Of a DNA stretch of 33,402 nucleotides, positions 24,057-32,494 are shown piece after piece (within the stretch, counting starts at the first letter, position 1; each line of letters starts with the position of its first letter). The stretch lies in the NCBI GenBank assembly GCA_038220855.1, contig JBBRIO010000001.1, forward strand, positions 1 through 33,402. The letters are read 5' to 3'. The stretch is from Bryobacterales bacterium (GTDB taxonomy: Bacteria > Acidobacteriota > Terriglobia > Bryobacterales > Bryobacteraceae). The notes beneath the pieces were generated by a model. That model worked only from the letters and a program-made list of their open reading frames with translations. It did not search any database and was not told the DNA's origin. The translations under genes and the position numbers were made by a program.

Positions 24057-24608
24057 TCAGCCAGCCGAATCGTAAGCACGACGGGCCCATTCCAACAATT
24101 CTTTGTCAATCTGTTCCGCCGCGGTGACCTTGACTCGATAGGGGCACATGCCGCCGGGTGGCACCGCTTCGAGCCGGTGGCCGCCGTTGATCGTCGGCAT
24201 GTTGAAGCCGATTTCGACGCGCGAGTTGGTCGCCGGGCCGATCAGCGCGAACTGCTTCTTGCGTCGAAGGCTGACGTTCGCCTTCTTGGGGGCGATTTCG
24301 AAGGGGCCGAACGCGGCTAAGGCTGCCAGAAACTTATCGTGGATCGGGCGCAGGGCGGCTTTGGGCCCCGCGTAGATAGCGTCGAGGGGATCGTCGGGCA
24401 GGGGCTCGTCCGTTTTGCGAATGTGCAGCACCAGCACGTTCGCGTCGCCATGGCTGAGTCCGAGGTCCTTTTTGGCGAAGGCCAATAACTCGGTGTGTTT
24501 CGCGAGGCCGGTCGCCTTCAGGACCTGGCCCAATTCGGCCAGTGACTTACCGGTCTTCTTCTGAATATTTGTAAGTTGGGTAGTAATCGCTGCGTCGATG
24601 TCGGCCAT
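24057..24608 (-). CDS. DUF4287 / DUF5655 domain protein
   Basis: MADIDAAITTQLTNIQKKTGKSLAEL...LAFAKKDLGLSHGDANVLV (DUF4287-like), followed by ...FEIAPKKANVSLRRKKQFALIGPATNSRVEIGF (DUF5655-like). The ATG at 24608 is preceded by TAAGGGATCTC. Confidence 0.75.
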   Translation of the reverse strand: MADIDAAITTQLTNIQKKTGKSLAELGQVLKATGLAKHTELLAFAKKDLGLSHGDANVLVLHIRKTDEPLPDDPLDAIYAGPKAALRPIHDKFLAALAAFGPFEIAPKKANVSLRRKKQFALIGPATNSRVEIGFNMPTINGGHRLEAVPPGGMCPYRVKVTAAEQIDKELLEWARRAYDSAG

Positions 24609-24616
24609 GAGATCCC

Positions 24617-25648
24617 TTACGGAGTGGAATTCGCCCAATATCCAGGGCGCGTGCGAATCCGGAGGTTCGTTCCAGGTTGCACTTGAACGGATAAAGTATG
24701 GAAGCCGGGTTGCGGCTCTTTCGGCATGAAGCTTATCACGTACTGTGAATTGATTTCTTCGCCCAGGCTTTGAATCGCTTTTTCGAGGCCAGGAAGTCTC
24801 GTAAACGGGTATTCGGCCCCGCCGGTCGCTTGGGCAAGCTTCTCAGTGGTCTTATCTTTCGACAGGCGCGCCAATTCACCGATGCCGCCGAGGATGTCGC
24901 TGGATTGAGCGGAAGTGTTGGCGGGGATCGTCTGGCCGACCGGATCCCAATTGGGCTTTCCGCTGGGGATAGGGAGCGGACGGGTTTGGCGGGGTTGCTG
25001 CACATCCGCGGGCTTCGCGAAGAAGCCGGTTTTAAAAGCGGAATAGGTCGCCGAATAGACAGTTACGCCGGCGGCTTGGGCTTGGCGGATTACGTCCGCG
25101 AGAGTGGCTGCGCTGCCGCGGTCGCGGGTCTCGGAAATGAGCAGCAGGACGCGGCGGGCGTTGGGCTGAGCTTCCAGGTTTTTGATGGCTTCAGCGGCAC
25201 CATCCAGCAAGTGACCTTCCTTCGGGGACCGCGAAGCGAGCGCGGCAAAAGCCTTCGTCAGGGCGTCTGGATCCTTGGTGCAGTTCTGGCGAAGGACCAC
25301 CGAATCAGAGAACGAGACCAAGCCGGCACAGCCGCGCTCGCCCGTGATGATCGGTTGGATCATCGCGCCAATCTGCCGAACCTTGACGAGAGCGGAGGCG
25401 GAAATACCCGACGTCTGAACGGCGACCATCAGGGCGACCCGCGCTACACCTGTGCCGAATGTATCCAGCGAGAAGGGCTGCGGCTTTCCATTGTCGAGGA
25501 CCTTGAAGTTAGCTTCGGTCAGGCCATCAACCGGCCGGCCCTGAGCGTTCTGGACGGTCGTCGGGACAAAGACGAGTCGCGTCTGGACGACGAAGCCGGG
25601 TTCTTGAGCAGCCAGAAGCAACGGAAAAAGGGCAATCAGAAATCTCAT
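24617..25648 (-). CDS. Secreted VWA-domain protein of the acidobacterial TIGR03436 type
   Basis: MRFLIALFPLLLAAQE signal peptide. FVVQTRLVFVPTTVQNAQGRPVDGLTEANFKVLDNGKPQ, ...LVSFSDSV..., ...RRVLLLISETRDRGS... and C-terminal ...QYVISFMPKEPQPGFHTLSVQV... match my recollection of that family. Confidence 0.8.
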   Translation of the reverse strand: MRFLIALFPLLLAAQEPGFVVQTRLVFVPTTVQNAQGRPVDGLTEANFKVLDNGKPQPFSLDTFGTGVARVALMVAVQTSGISASALVKVRQIGAMIQPIITGERGCAGLVSFSDSVVLRQNCTKDPDALTKAFAALASRSPKEGHLLDGAAEAIKNLEAQPNARRVLLLISETRDRGSAATLADVIRQAQAAGVTVYSATYSAFKTGFFAKPADVQQPRQTRPLPIPSGKPNWDPVGQTIPANTSAQSSDILGGIGELARLSKDKTTEKLAQATGGAEYPFTRLPGLEKAIQSLGEEINSQYVISFMPKEPQPGFHTLSVQVQPGTNLRIRTRPGYWANSTP

Positions 25649-25669
25649 CGCCCTTTCTCTATGCAATTA

Positions 25670-26638
25670 CTAGGCCGGATCGCCATCTTGATGCGGGGCG
25701 AGGTGATTCAGGATCGCGGTCTTCTCGGGCTTCTTATACCGCTCGACCTTGGAGCCGATCGGTCCTTTGGCGGTGCGCGAGAGCAGCGTCGAAATCTCAT
25801 CGCGGTTCATTTTCTGAAACGTCTTGACGGTCAGGACGTTTTCTTCAAGCTGTTGGACCGTTTCGACGCCGCTGACGAGGGTATCGATGTCGTGGCTCAG
25901 GGTGTAGCGGAGGCACTCGGAGATTGTGGCAATCTTCGCCTTCGTGATCTCGCCGATCGCGTTTGACTTCATCGCCAGCAGGCCGAGACCCTTGGCGCGG
26001 ACCTTCGGCAGGACGTCCTTGATAAAGCTGAGGTAGTGGGGGTCGATCAGGTTCACCGGATGCTGAACCGTCTCCCAGCCGTCAAAGCCTTTCAGCAGCG
26101 CTTGATGAACTTCGGGGTCGTGATGGCCGGTAAATCCTATATGCCGGACCATGCCCTTCTTCTTGGCTTCCACAAACGCTTCGAGCGAGCCGCTGGGTCC
26201 GAAGATTTTTTCTACCTCGTCCATGCGCGCGACTTCATGGCAGCACCAGAGGTCGAGGTAGTCCGTGTTCATGCGCTTCAGCGTCGTTTCGAGCTGAGCC
26301 ATCGCGGATTTTTTGTCGCGCAGTTCCGCCTTCGACATCAGCAGGATCTTCTTGCGGAGACCCCCGGTCAGCGCCTTGCCATAGACCTCGTCGGACTTGC
26401 CGTTGTGATACTTTGCGGCAGAATCGAACATCACGACCCCGAGGTCGATGGCCCGGCGGATGATTTTGATCCCTTCCTCCTCGCCTTTAACGGCCATGTG
26501 GTAGCCGCCGAGCGTGAAGCGGGAGACCCGCAGGCCGGACTTGCCCAGGGTGGCCATCGGCATCGGGGCATCGGCTAGTGCGGTGACGGAGGTGCCGAGG
26601 GCGGCGGCGGTTGCGTTCAGAAAATCACGACGTTCCAT
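25670..26638 (-). CDS. Aldo/keto reductase with twin-arginine (Tat) signal peptide
   Basis: MERRDFLNATAAALGTSVTALADAP. AKR catalytic residues appear present (FDSAAKY..G.SDE.YGKAL; LLMSK; WCCHE). Confidence 0.9.
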   Translation of the reverse strand: MERRDFLNATAAALGTSVTALADAPMPMATLGKSGLRVSRFTLGGYHMAVKGEEEGIKIIRRAIDLGVVMFDSAAKYHNGKSDEVYGKALTGGLRKKILLMSKAELRDKKSAMAQLETTLKRMNTDYLDLWCCHEVARMDEVEKIFGPSGSLEAFVEAKKKGMVRHIGFTGHHDPEVHQALLKGFDGWETVQHPVNLIDPHYLSFIKDVLPKVRAKGLGLLAMKSNAIGEITKAKIATISECLRYTLSHDIDTLVSGVETVQQLEENVLTVKTFQKMNRDEISTLLSRTAKGPIGSKVERYKKPEKTAILNHLAPHQDGDPA

Positions 26639-26656
26639 GCGCCTATCCTATCAGGG

Positions 26657-27277
26657 CTATCGAACGATCGTGATTCGCTTGATCGAATCGAGCCGGGGCC
26701 ACGTCCGGTCAAAGTAGGCGTTGCCTTCCTGCTGAGCCAGGCGCGGGTCCGGACCGGGCCCCAGGGGAGAGATGTCGCCGTAGACGAACGCGAGTTGGTC
26801 GAGCACTTCGAGGCCTTCGGTCACCTTGCCGATGGGGGCGAAACCTTGGCTGTCGAGCGACGTATTGTCACGGAGATTGAAGAAAAGCTGCGTCGACCGG
26901 GTGTTCGGGCCGCGGGTGGCAAACGTAAGGGTGCCGCGAACGTTCTTCTCTTTCACCGGGTCGTCAACGATATCGCGTGACGACCAGAGCCGGTTCGTCT
27001 GCGGTTCCTTATGGATGCCCCATTGGGCGACGAAGCCGCGGACGACGCGGAAGAATTTCTGCTCGTCGAAGAACTTCTCCTGGACCAACTCATAAAAGCG
27101 ATCCGCGCCGATCGGGGCCCAGGTCCGGTTGACCGTGACGGTAAAGTCACCCTTCGACGTTTCGAATTTTGCTTTGAACTCATCCGGCGCGCGGACGGCT
27201 TCTTTCGGCTTCTCGGCGACCTTAGCGGGGCCGCAAGCGGAGAGGAGGACGAGGGCAATCAGCCAACTATTTCGCAT
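26657..27277 (-). CDS. Cyclophilin-type peptidyl-prolyl cis-trans isomerase, lipoprotein
   Basis: Lipobox LLSAC. ...GDFTVTVNRTWAPIGADRFYELV...FFRVVRGFVAQWG...RGTLTFATRGPNTRSTQLFFNL.... The start overlaps the polA stop by 11 nt. Confidence 0.9.
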   Translation of the reverse strand: MRNSWLIALVLLSACGPAKVAEKPKEAVRAPDEFKAKFETSKGDFTVTVNRTWAPIGADRFYELVQEKFFDEQKFFRVVRGFVAQWGIHKEPQTNRLWSSRDIVDDPVKEKNVRGTLTFATRGPNTRSTQLFFNLRDNTSLDSQGFAPIGKVTEGLEVLDQLAFVYGDISPLGPGPDPRLAQQEGNAYFDRTWPRLDSIKRITIVR

Positions 27278-29753
27278 CGCGCCAATTGTCGCCTACTCCG
27301 GTGTCAACGACAAGCGGTACGTCGAATTGCCGTACCGATTCCATCTCGTGCTTCACCATGCGCTGCAGCGTTTCCACTTCGTCAGGGGGCGCTTCAAAGA
27401 CCAGTTCGTCGTGAACTTGCAGGATCATTCGAGATGCCAACCGCTGTTCGGCGAGCAGAGCCTGAATCCTGATCATGGCCAGCTTGATCAGATCGGCGGC
27501 CGAGCCCTGCAAGGGCGTGTTTACCGCAGTTCGTTCAGCGAACGAACGTGCGTTCGGGTTACGGCTGTCCATATCGGGAATCGGTCGGCGACGGCCGAAA
27601 AGGGTCTCGGCGTAGCCTTTGGCGCGGACGTCGGCGATCGTCGCTTCGATGAACGTCTTCACGCCGGAGTAGCGGGCGAAGTAGGCTTTGATGTACTTCT
27701 CCGCTTCGTGCTTCGGAATCCCCAATGCTGACGCCAAACCGAACGACGTCTGGCCGTAGACGATTCCGAAATTCACGGCTTTGGCGCCGCGGCGCATCTC
27801 GGGGGTAACGAACGCCGCGTTCACGCCGAAGACCTCGGCGGCGGTGCGGGTGTGAATGTCTTCTCCGTGCCGGAAGGCGTCGGTGAGCACCGCGTCGCCA
27901 GACATGTGAGCGAGCAAGCGGAGCTCGATCTGCGAGTAGTCGGCGACGACGAGTTTCCAGCCGGGAGGCGGGACGAAGGCGGCGCGGATCTCGCGTCCGA
28001 GTTCGGTACGGACGGGGATGTTTTGCAGGTTCGGATTCGAACTGGAGAGGCGGCCGGTGGCGGCCCCGGTTTGCTGAAACGTCGTGTGCACGCGGCCGTT
28101 GTCCGGGTGGATCAGCGCCGGCAAAGCGTCGACGTAGGTCCCCTTCAATTTAACTAGACCGCGATACTCCAGGACTTGCGCGGCGATGGGATGGGCGAGA
28201 TTTTCCAGGACATCGGCCGCGGTCGAAATCTGCTTTTTGCCGCCCTTGGAAGGTGCGGGAAGGTTTAGATCTTCGAAGAGAATTTTGCCGAGTTGTTGCG
28301 GCGAGTTGATGTTGAATTCGCGGCCGGCCAACCCGTGGATCTCCTTGGTCAGGGCCTGAATAGCGATCTCCATCTTCGCGGACATCACCGCGAGTTGGTT
28401 GGGTTCAATCAGGACGCCGAGGCGTTCCATCGCTGCCAACACCGGCACCAGCGGCAGGTCGATGGTTTCGTAGATTTCGCGGGCGTTGATCTTGTCGAGT
28501 TCTGGCCCCAGTTTTTCCGCCAGGCGCAGCGTCAGGTCGGCGCGTTGATCGGCGCGGGCGCCGGGCTTCTGCTGCAGATGAATTTCGCAGAGCGCATCGA
28601 AAGCCGAGTTGCCGGAGTCGGCAGTCAGCAGGAACGCTTCCAGCATCAGGTCGCGGGTGAGGCCTTTCGCCTCTGGATTCACGGCATAGATCGCCTTGGT
28701 GTCGTGAGCGATCTTTAGCGCGGAAGATTGGAGAAAAGTTAAATCGGGACAGGTGCGCGCTTGACCAGCGGCGCGGGCGACGCCGAGTTGGCCGTCGAAG
28801 AGGGCAAGACCGACCGGGGCGCTGCCGACCCAACCGGGCAACTCCTCGGCCGAGATCGGAGCATAATCCTCGGCAACTTGTTCGCGGGCCGGGCCGAGAT
28901 CGCGCAGGAACGTGAAAAATTCCATCTCTCGATAGAAGCTCTCTAGCGCCGCGCGGTCGGGAGTGGCGATCGCGAGCGACTCGAGCGGAATCTCCAGCGG
29001 CACTTCGCAGTGAATCGTGGCCAGTCGTTTCGATAGTTCAACTTGGTCGCGATGGGTGGTTAGCGCCTCCCGATACGTTTTCTTGGTTAGATTTGGCCCA
29101 GCGGCGAGCAGGGCGTCGAGAGTCCCGTACTCAGCCAGCAAAGCGACCGCACCCTTATCCCCAATGCCAGGAGCGCCCGGGATGTTGTCTACCGCGTCAC
29201 CTTTCAGAGCGAGCAGGTCCGCCACCTGCTCTGGCCAGACGCCCATGAACTCTTTAACCAGTTCCCGGTCGTAAAGGGTGTCGTCCTTGGCCGGGTTCAG
29301 CATGGAGACGCCCGGACCGACGAGTTGGAGCATGTCCTTATCGGAAGACACAATGACCACTTCGAGCCCGTTGGCTTGTGCGCGTTTGGAGAGCGTGCCG
29401 ATGACGTCGTCGGCTTCGAAACCGGCGGCTTCGATCACCGGAATCGACAGCGCTTCGAGCAACCGCTTCACGAGCGGCACCTGCGCGATCAGGTCGGGCG
29501 GCGTCTCGGTTCGGTTCGCTTTGTAGGCCGGAAACTCCGTCTCGCGAAACGTGGGCCCGAGCGATTCGTAGACAGCGGCAAGGTAGTCCGGCTGATGCTT
29601 CTCGCGCAGCTTCTTCAACATATTGTGGAAGATGTAAACCGCCTCGGTGGCGACGCCCGCCGAGGTGCGCATCGGCGGAGCATTCATCCGCATCCGCGCG
29701 TAATAGGCACGAAAGATGTACCCGAAAGAATCGATAAGGAAGAGGCGCGGCAT
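27267..29753 (-). CDS. polA: DNA polymerase I (828 aa; 5' nuclease and polymerase domains intact, 3'-5' exonuclease motifs degenerate)
   Basis: 5' nuclease region ...VSSDKDMLQLV...GDAVDNIPGAPGIGDKGA.... Polymerase motif A VVADYSQIELRLLAH, motif B RRGAKAVNFGIVYG, motif C LQVHDELVFE. Confidence 0.97.
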   Translation of the reverse strand: MPRLFLIDSFGYIFRAYYARMRMNAPPMRTSAGVATEAVYIFHNMLKKLREKHQPDYLAAVYESLGPTFRETEFPAYKANRTETPPDLIAQVPLVKRLLEALSIPVIEAAGFEADDVIGTLSKRAQANGLEVVIVSSDKDMLQLVGPGVSMLNPAKDDTLYDRELVKEFMGVWPEQVADLLALKGDAVDNIPGAPGIGDKGAVALLAEYGTLDALLAAGPNLTKKTYREALTTHRDQVELSKRLATIHCEVPLEIPLESLAIATPDRAALESFYREMEFFTFLRDLGPAREQVAEDYAPISAEELPGWVGSAPVGLALFDGQLGVARAAGQARTCPDLTFLQSSALKIAHDTKAIYAVNPEAKGLTRDLMLEAFLLTADSGNSAFDALCEIHLQQKPGARADQRADLTLRLAEKLGPELDKINAREIYETIDLPLVPVLAAMERLGVLIEPNQLAVMSAKMEIAIQALTKEIHGLAGREFNINSPQQLGKILFEDLNLPAPSKGGKKQISTAADVLENLAHPIAAQVLEYRGLVKLKGTYVDALPALIHPDNGRVHTTFQQTGAATGRLSSSNPNLQNIPVRTELGREIRAAFVPPPGWKLVVADYSQIELRLLAHMSGDAVLTDAFRHGEDIHTRTAAEVFGVNAAFVTPEMRRGAKAVNFGIVYGQTSFGLASALGIPKHEAEKYIKAYFARYSGVKTFIEATIADVRAKGYAETLFGRRRPIPDMDSRNPNARSFAERTAVNTPLQGSAADLIKLAMIRIQALLAEQRLASRMILQVHDELVFEAPPDEVETLQRMVKHEMESVRQFDVPLVVDTGVGDNWRDAK

Positions 29754-29854
29754 CGCCTTTAAGGATACTCCAATGTGTCAGCTTCACCGCAGATGTGAAC
29801 GAAAGGACACACATTTTAAGGTCTAACTATTTTACTTTCAATTGATTACCATTT
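29754..29854. promoter_or_regulatory. AT-rich divergent polA / lpxC intergenic region with a 7-bp inverted repeat (AATGTGT ... ACACATT)
   Basis: Arms at 29772-29778 and 29809-29815. ATGTG is also repeated at 29792-29796. I could not pick out a clear -35/-10 pair. Confidence 0.25.
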
Positions 29855-30760
29855 TTGGTATTCTTCGGTTTGCGCTTCGAAACCTCCGTTGCAAAGCCGG
29901 TATCGGCGAAAGGTGTGGGCCTCCATAGCGGGGTGCCGGTCAGTATCACGATCCGTCCCGCCTCGGCCGGCACGGGGATTGTCTTCCGGCGAACGGACCT
30001 ATCCAATTTTGAATTGCCCGCGAGTTGGCGCCATGTGGCACGGGTTTCGTATGCGACCAGCCTGATGCGCCAAGGCGTGCTGATCTCGACGACCGAGCAT
30101 TTGCTGAGCGTTTTGTACTCGATGGGGATCGACAACGCCTATATTGATATCGACAATCTTGAGGTGCCCATTCTCGATGGATCCGGCCAACCGTTTATAG
30201 AGTTGTTGGCGCAGGCGGGAATTCAGACGTACAAGAAACGTCGCAAGTACCTCCGGATTTTGAAGCCTGTGACGGTTGAGCAGGGGAACAAGCGCATTTC
30301 GATTTTGCCAGCGGATTCGTTCTACCTTTCCTGCGAAATCTATTTTGACCACCCGTTGGTCGGCCATCAATCCATGGAAATGGAGTTGACGCCGGCCCGG
30401 TACGCGAGTGAAATCGCCGCCGCTCGAACGTTCGGGTTCGAATATGAGCTTGGTCAAATGCGAAACATGGGGCTGATCCGAGGTGCGGATTTGACGAATG
30501 CGGTTTGTTTTGATCGAACGTCAGTGTTGAATCCAGGTGGCTTACGTTTCCCCGACGAGCCGTGTCGGCATAAGGTGCTCGATCTGATTGGGGACTTGGC
30601 TTTGATCGGTCGTCCGTTGTTGGGGCATGTGATTGCCGAACGGGCGGGTCATGCGATGCATGCGGCCCTCGTGGCGCGGATTATGCAGGACGAGTCGCTC
30701 TACGAAACGATTACCTTTGATCAGCTGGCCTCTCGGGTCACGCACGCCCTCGTCGGGTAG
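29855..30760 (+). CDS. lpxC: UDP-3-O-acyl-N-acetylglucosamine deacetylase
   Basis: ...GVGLHSGVPVSITIRPA...GIVFRRTD...TTEHLLSVLYSMGIDNAYIDID..EVPILDGS...HKVLDLIGDLALIG...GHAMH. There is no ATG; the start is TTG at 29855 or 29870. Confidence 0.9.
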   Translation: MVFFGLRFETSVAKPVSAKGVGLHSGVPVSITIRPASAGTGIVFRRTDLSNFELPASWRHVARVSYATSLMRQGVLISTTEHLLSVLYSMGIDNAYIDIDNLEVPILDGSGQPFIELLAQAGIQTYKKRRKYLRILKPVTVEQGNKRISILPADSFYLSCEIYFDHPLVGHQSMEMELTPARYASEIAAARTFGFEYELGQMRNMGLIRGADLTNAVCFDRTSVLNPGGLRFPDEPCRHKVLDLIGDLALIGRPLLGHVIAERAGHAMHAALVARIMQDESLYETITFDQLASRVTHALVG

Positions 30761-30775
30761 GGATCGGGAAAGGAC

Positions 30776-31285
30776 GTGTTTCGGCAGATTCCTAATGTTC
30801 TAACGGTCTTGCGATTGCTGGGTACGGTTCCTGTCGTTTGGCTGATTGTCGAACGGAATTTCCTGACCGCACTGCTCGTCTCCTTTCTCATCGCGGTTAC
30901 AGACAGCATTGATGGTTGGATGGCACGCCGATGGCGCCTGGAGTCTCGCTTTGGCGCTTTGATGGACCCCCTGGCGGATAAGATGTTGGTCGGTGGCGGT
31001 TTCCTGGCGCTCCTCTATGTAGGCGCGATGCCGATTTGGCTGGTAGCGATGGCCTTGGGAAGGGATGTGTTGATTCTGGTGGCCGCTGCGGTTCTGTTTC
31101 GATGGACGGGGAAGAAGGATTTTCCGCCCTCCCGCCTCGGAAAAGTGAACACCTTTGTTCTGATGTGCACCGTCGCCGCCGTCTTGTTGAACTTCCATCC
31201 TGAAGTTTTTTTCGGCCTGAGCGCCGTGAGCATTGTAACGAGTGGGGTCCGGTACGCCTATCTTGGGTACCAGTCGCTGAAATGA
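30776..31285 (+). CDS. pgsA: CDP-alcohol phosphatidyltransferase (PgsA-like)
   Basis: IPNVLTVLRL...DSIDGWMARRWRLESRFGALMDPLADK matches D-x2-D-G-x2-A-R...G-x3-D-x3-D. GTG start at 30776. The exact substrate is not assignable from sequence. Confidence 0.7.
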   Translation: MFRQIPNVLTVLRLLGTVPVVWLIVERNFLTALLVSFLIAVTDSIDGWMARRWRLESRFGALMDPLADKMLVGGGFLALLYVGAMPIWLVAMALGRDVLILVAAAVLFRWTGKKDFPPSRLGKVNTFVLMCTVAAVLLNFHPEVFFGLSAVSIVTSGVRYAYLGYQSLK

Positions 31286-31335
31286 ATTGACGACTGCGCG
31301 GCTCGGAGATAGGCTAGTAATAGTAGGTCTCCGTT

Positions 31336-31896
31336 ATGCGCTATACGCCTTCGAAGCAGTATCTGTGGGCTGGCTTGGTCGCTGCCGGTCTGGCGGTGAT
31401 CTCGACCCTGTTTGCTTCGGAATGGATGATCGCTCTGGTTGCCTCCATTCTGTTTCTTCTCAGCGCGATAGCGGTATTGGTGCTGGCTTTTCGGCCTCCC
31501 GTTGAGATCCAGGAGAATGTGCTGATTATCGGTGATCGCACGATCGCCTGGTCTAATGTAGCCCGGGTGGACCGTACGGGTTGGATTTCTCCTCTTGCCG
31601 TGTACCTTACCCTCTTCAAAGGGGACGAGCGAGTCTTGATTTTGTTTCCGGGCGATCTGGACTCTTCGAACTCGTTGTTGCGACATTTGCGGCGGAACGC
31701 GAAAGAAGCCCTCATCGACGGGATCCCTTATCGTCAGTTTTGGGGAGATTCGTTACCCCCAATCGACGGGCCGAAACAGGTAAGCCCGCCCAAAGTGCAG
31801 TTGTTGCGTAGCGACGACGAGGCCGAAGTGGAACGCCTCTATCAGCTTCTAAAGACGGTTGGTCATCTGGATATTCGCCAGCAGGACGAGCAATAG
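31336..31896 (+). CDS. Hypothetical membrane protein (two N-terminal TM helices plus a soluble domain)
   Basis: LWAGLVAAGLAVISTLFA and MIALVASILFLLSAIAVLVLAF, then a ~120-aa charged domain. Position and coding-like composition support it; I recognise no family. Confidence 0.65.
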   Translation: MRYTPSKQYLWAGLVAAGLAVISTLFASEWMIALVASILFLLSAIAVLVLAFRPPVEIQENVLIIGDRTIAWSNVARVDRTGWISPLAVYLTLFKGDERVLILFPGDLDSSNSLLRHLRRNAKEALIDGIPYRQFWGDSLPPIDGPKQVSPPKVQLLRSDDEAEVERLYQLLKTVGHLDIRQQDEQ

Positions 31897-31899
31897 CAC

Positions 31900-32490
31900 T
31901 TGCTGCGCCGCGTGAGGGGTTGGCTTTTTCTAGGGGCGCTGTTTACGGCAGCGTTGTTATTGTATGCACAGTGGTTGCCGTCTCTGGCTGGATTCCTTGT
32001 CAAGACGGAGCCGCCTCAAGCGGCCGACGCGATCTTTGTTCTCGGCGGGGACCACTATGGCGAGCGGATCACGCATGCCGCGCTATTGGCCCGCCAAGGC
32101 TTTGCACCGAAGGTTTATGTGAGTGGGCCGGACGGGATTTTCGACCATTTCGAGAGCGAGCTAGCGATTGAGTTTGCGGAAAAGCACGGGTTTAGTGACG
32201 TTTCCTTCGTTCCCTTGCCCAACCATTGTACCTCCACTCGCGATGAGGCCGAGCAGTTCATGCCTCAATTCAAGCGTCTGGGATTCAAAAAGGTGCTCGT
32301 CGTGACCAGCAATTTTCACACGCGCCGAGCCGGGCAAATCTTGCGCGCTGTCGGGTCAGAACCGGAGATTTACATGATTGCGGCACCCACCCGGGAATTC
32401 CATCCCGAGGATTGGTGGCTTCGGCGGCAGGATCAAAAGAACCTCTTTATGGAGTGGGCGAAGACTTTCGCCAATTGGATCAGGCTGTAG
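31900..32490 (+). CDS. DUF218 (YdcF/ElyC/SanA-like) envelope biogenesis protein
   Basis: N-terminal TM helix, ...ADAIFVLGGD...RITHAALLARQGFAPKVYVSG...CTSTRDEAEQ...KKVLVVTSNFHTRRA. TTG start 3 nt after the upstream stop. Confidence 0.8.
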   Translation: MLRRVRGWLFLGALFTAALLLYAQWLPSLAGFLVKTEPPQAADAIFVLGGDHYGERITHAALLARQGFAPKVYVSGPDGIFDHFESELAIEFAEKHGFSDVSFVPLPNHCTSTRDEAEQFMPQFKRLGFKKVLVVTSNFHTRRAGQILRAVGSEPEIYMIAAPTREFHPEDWWLRRQDQKNLFMEWAKTFANWIRL

Positions 32491-32494
32491 CCGG

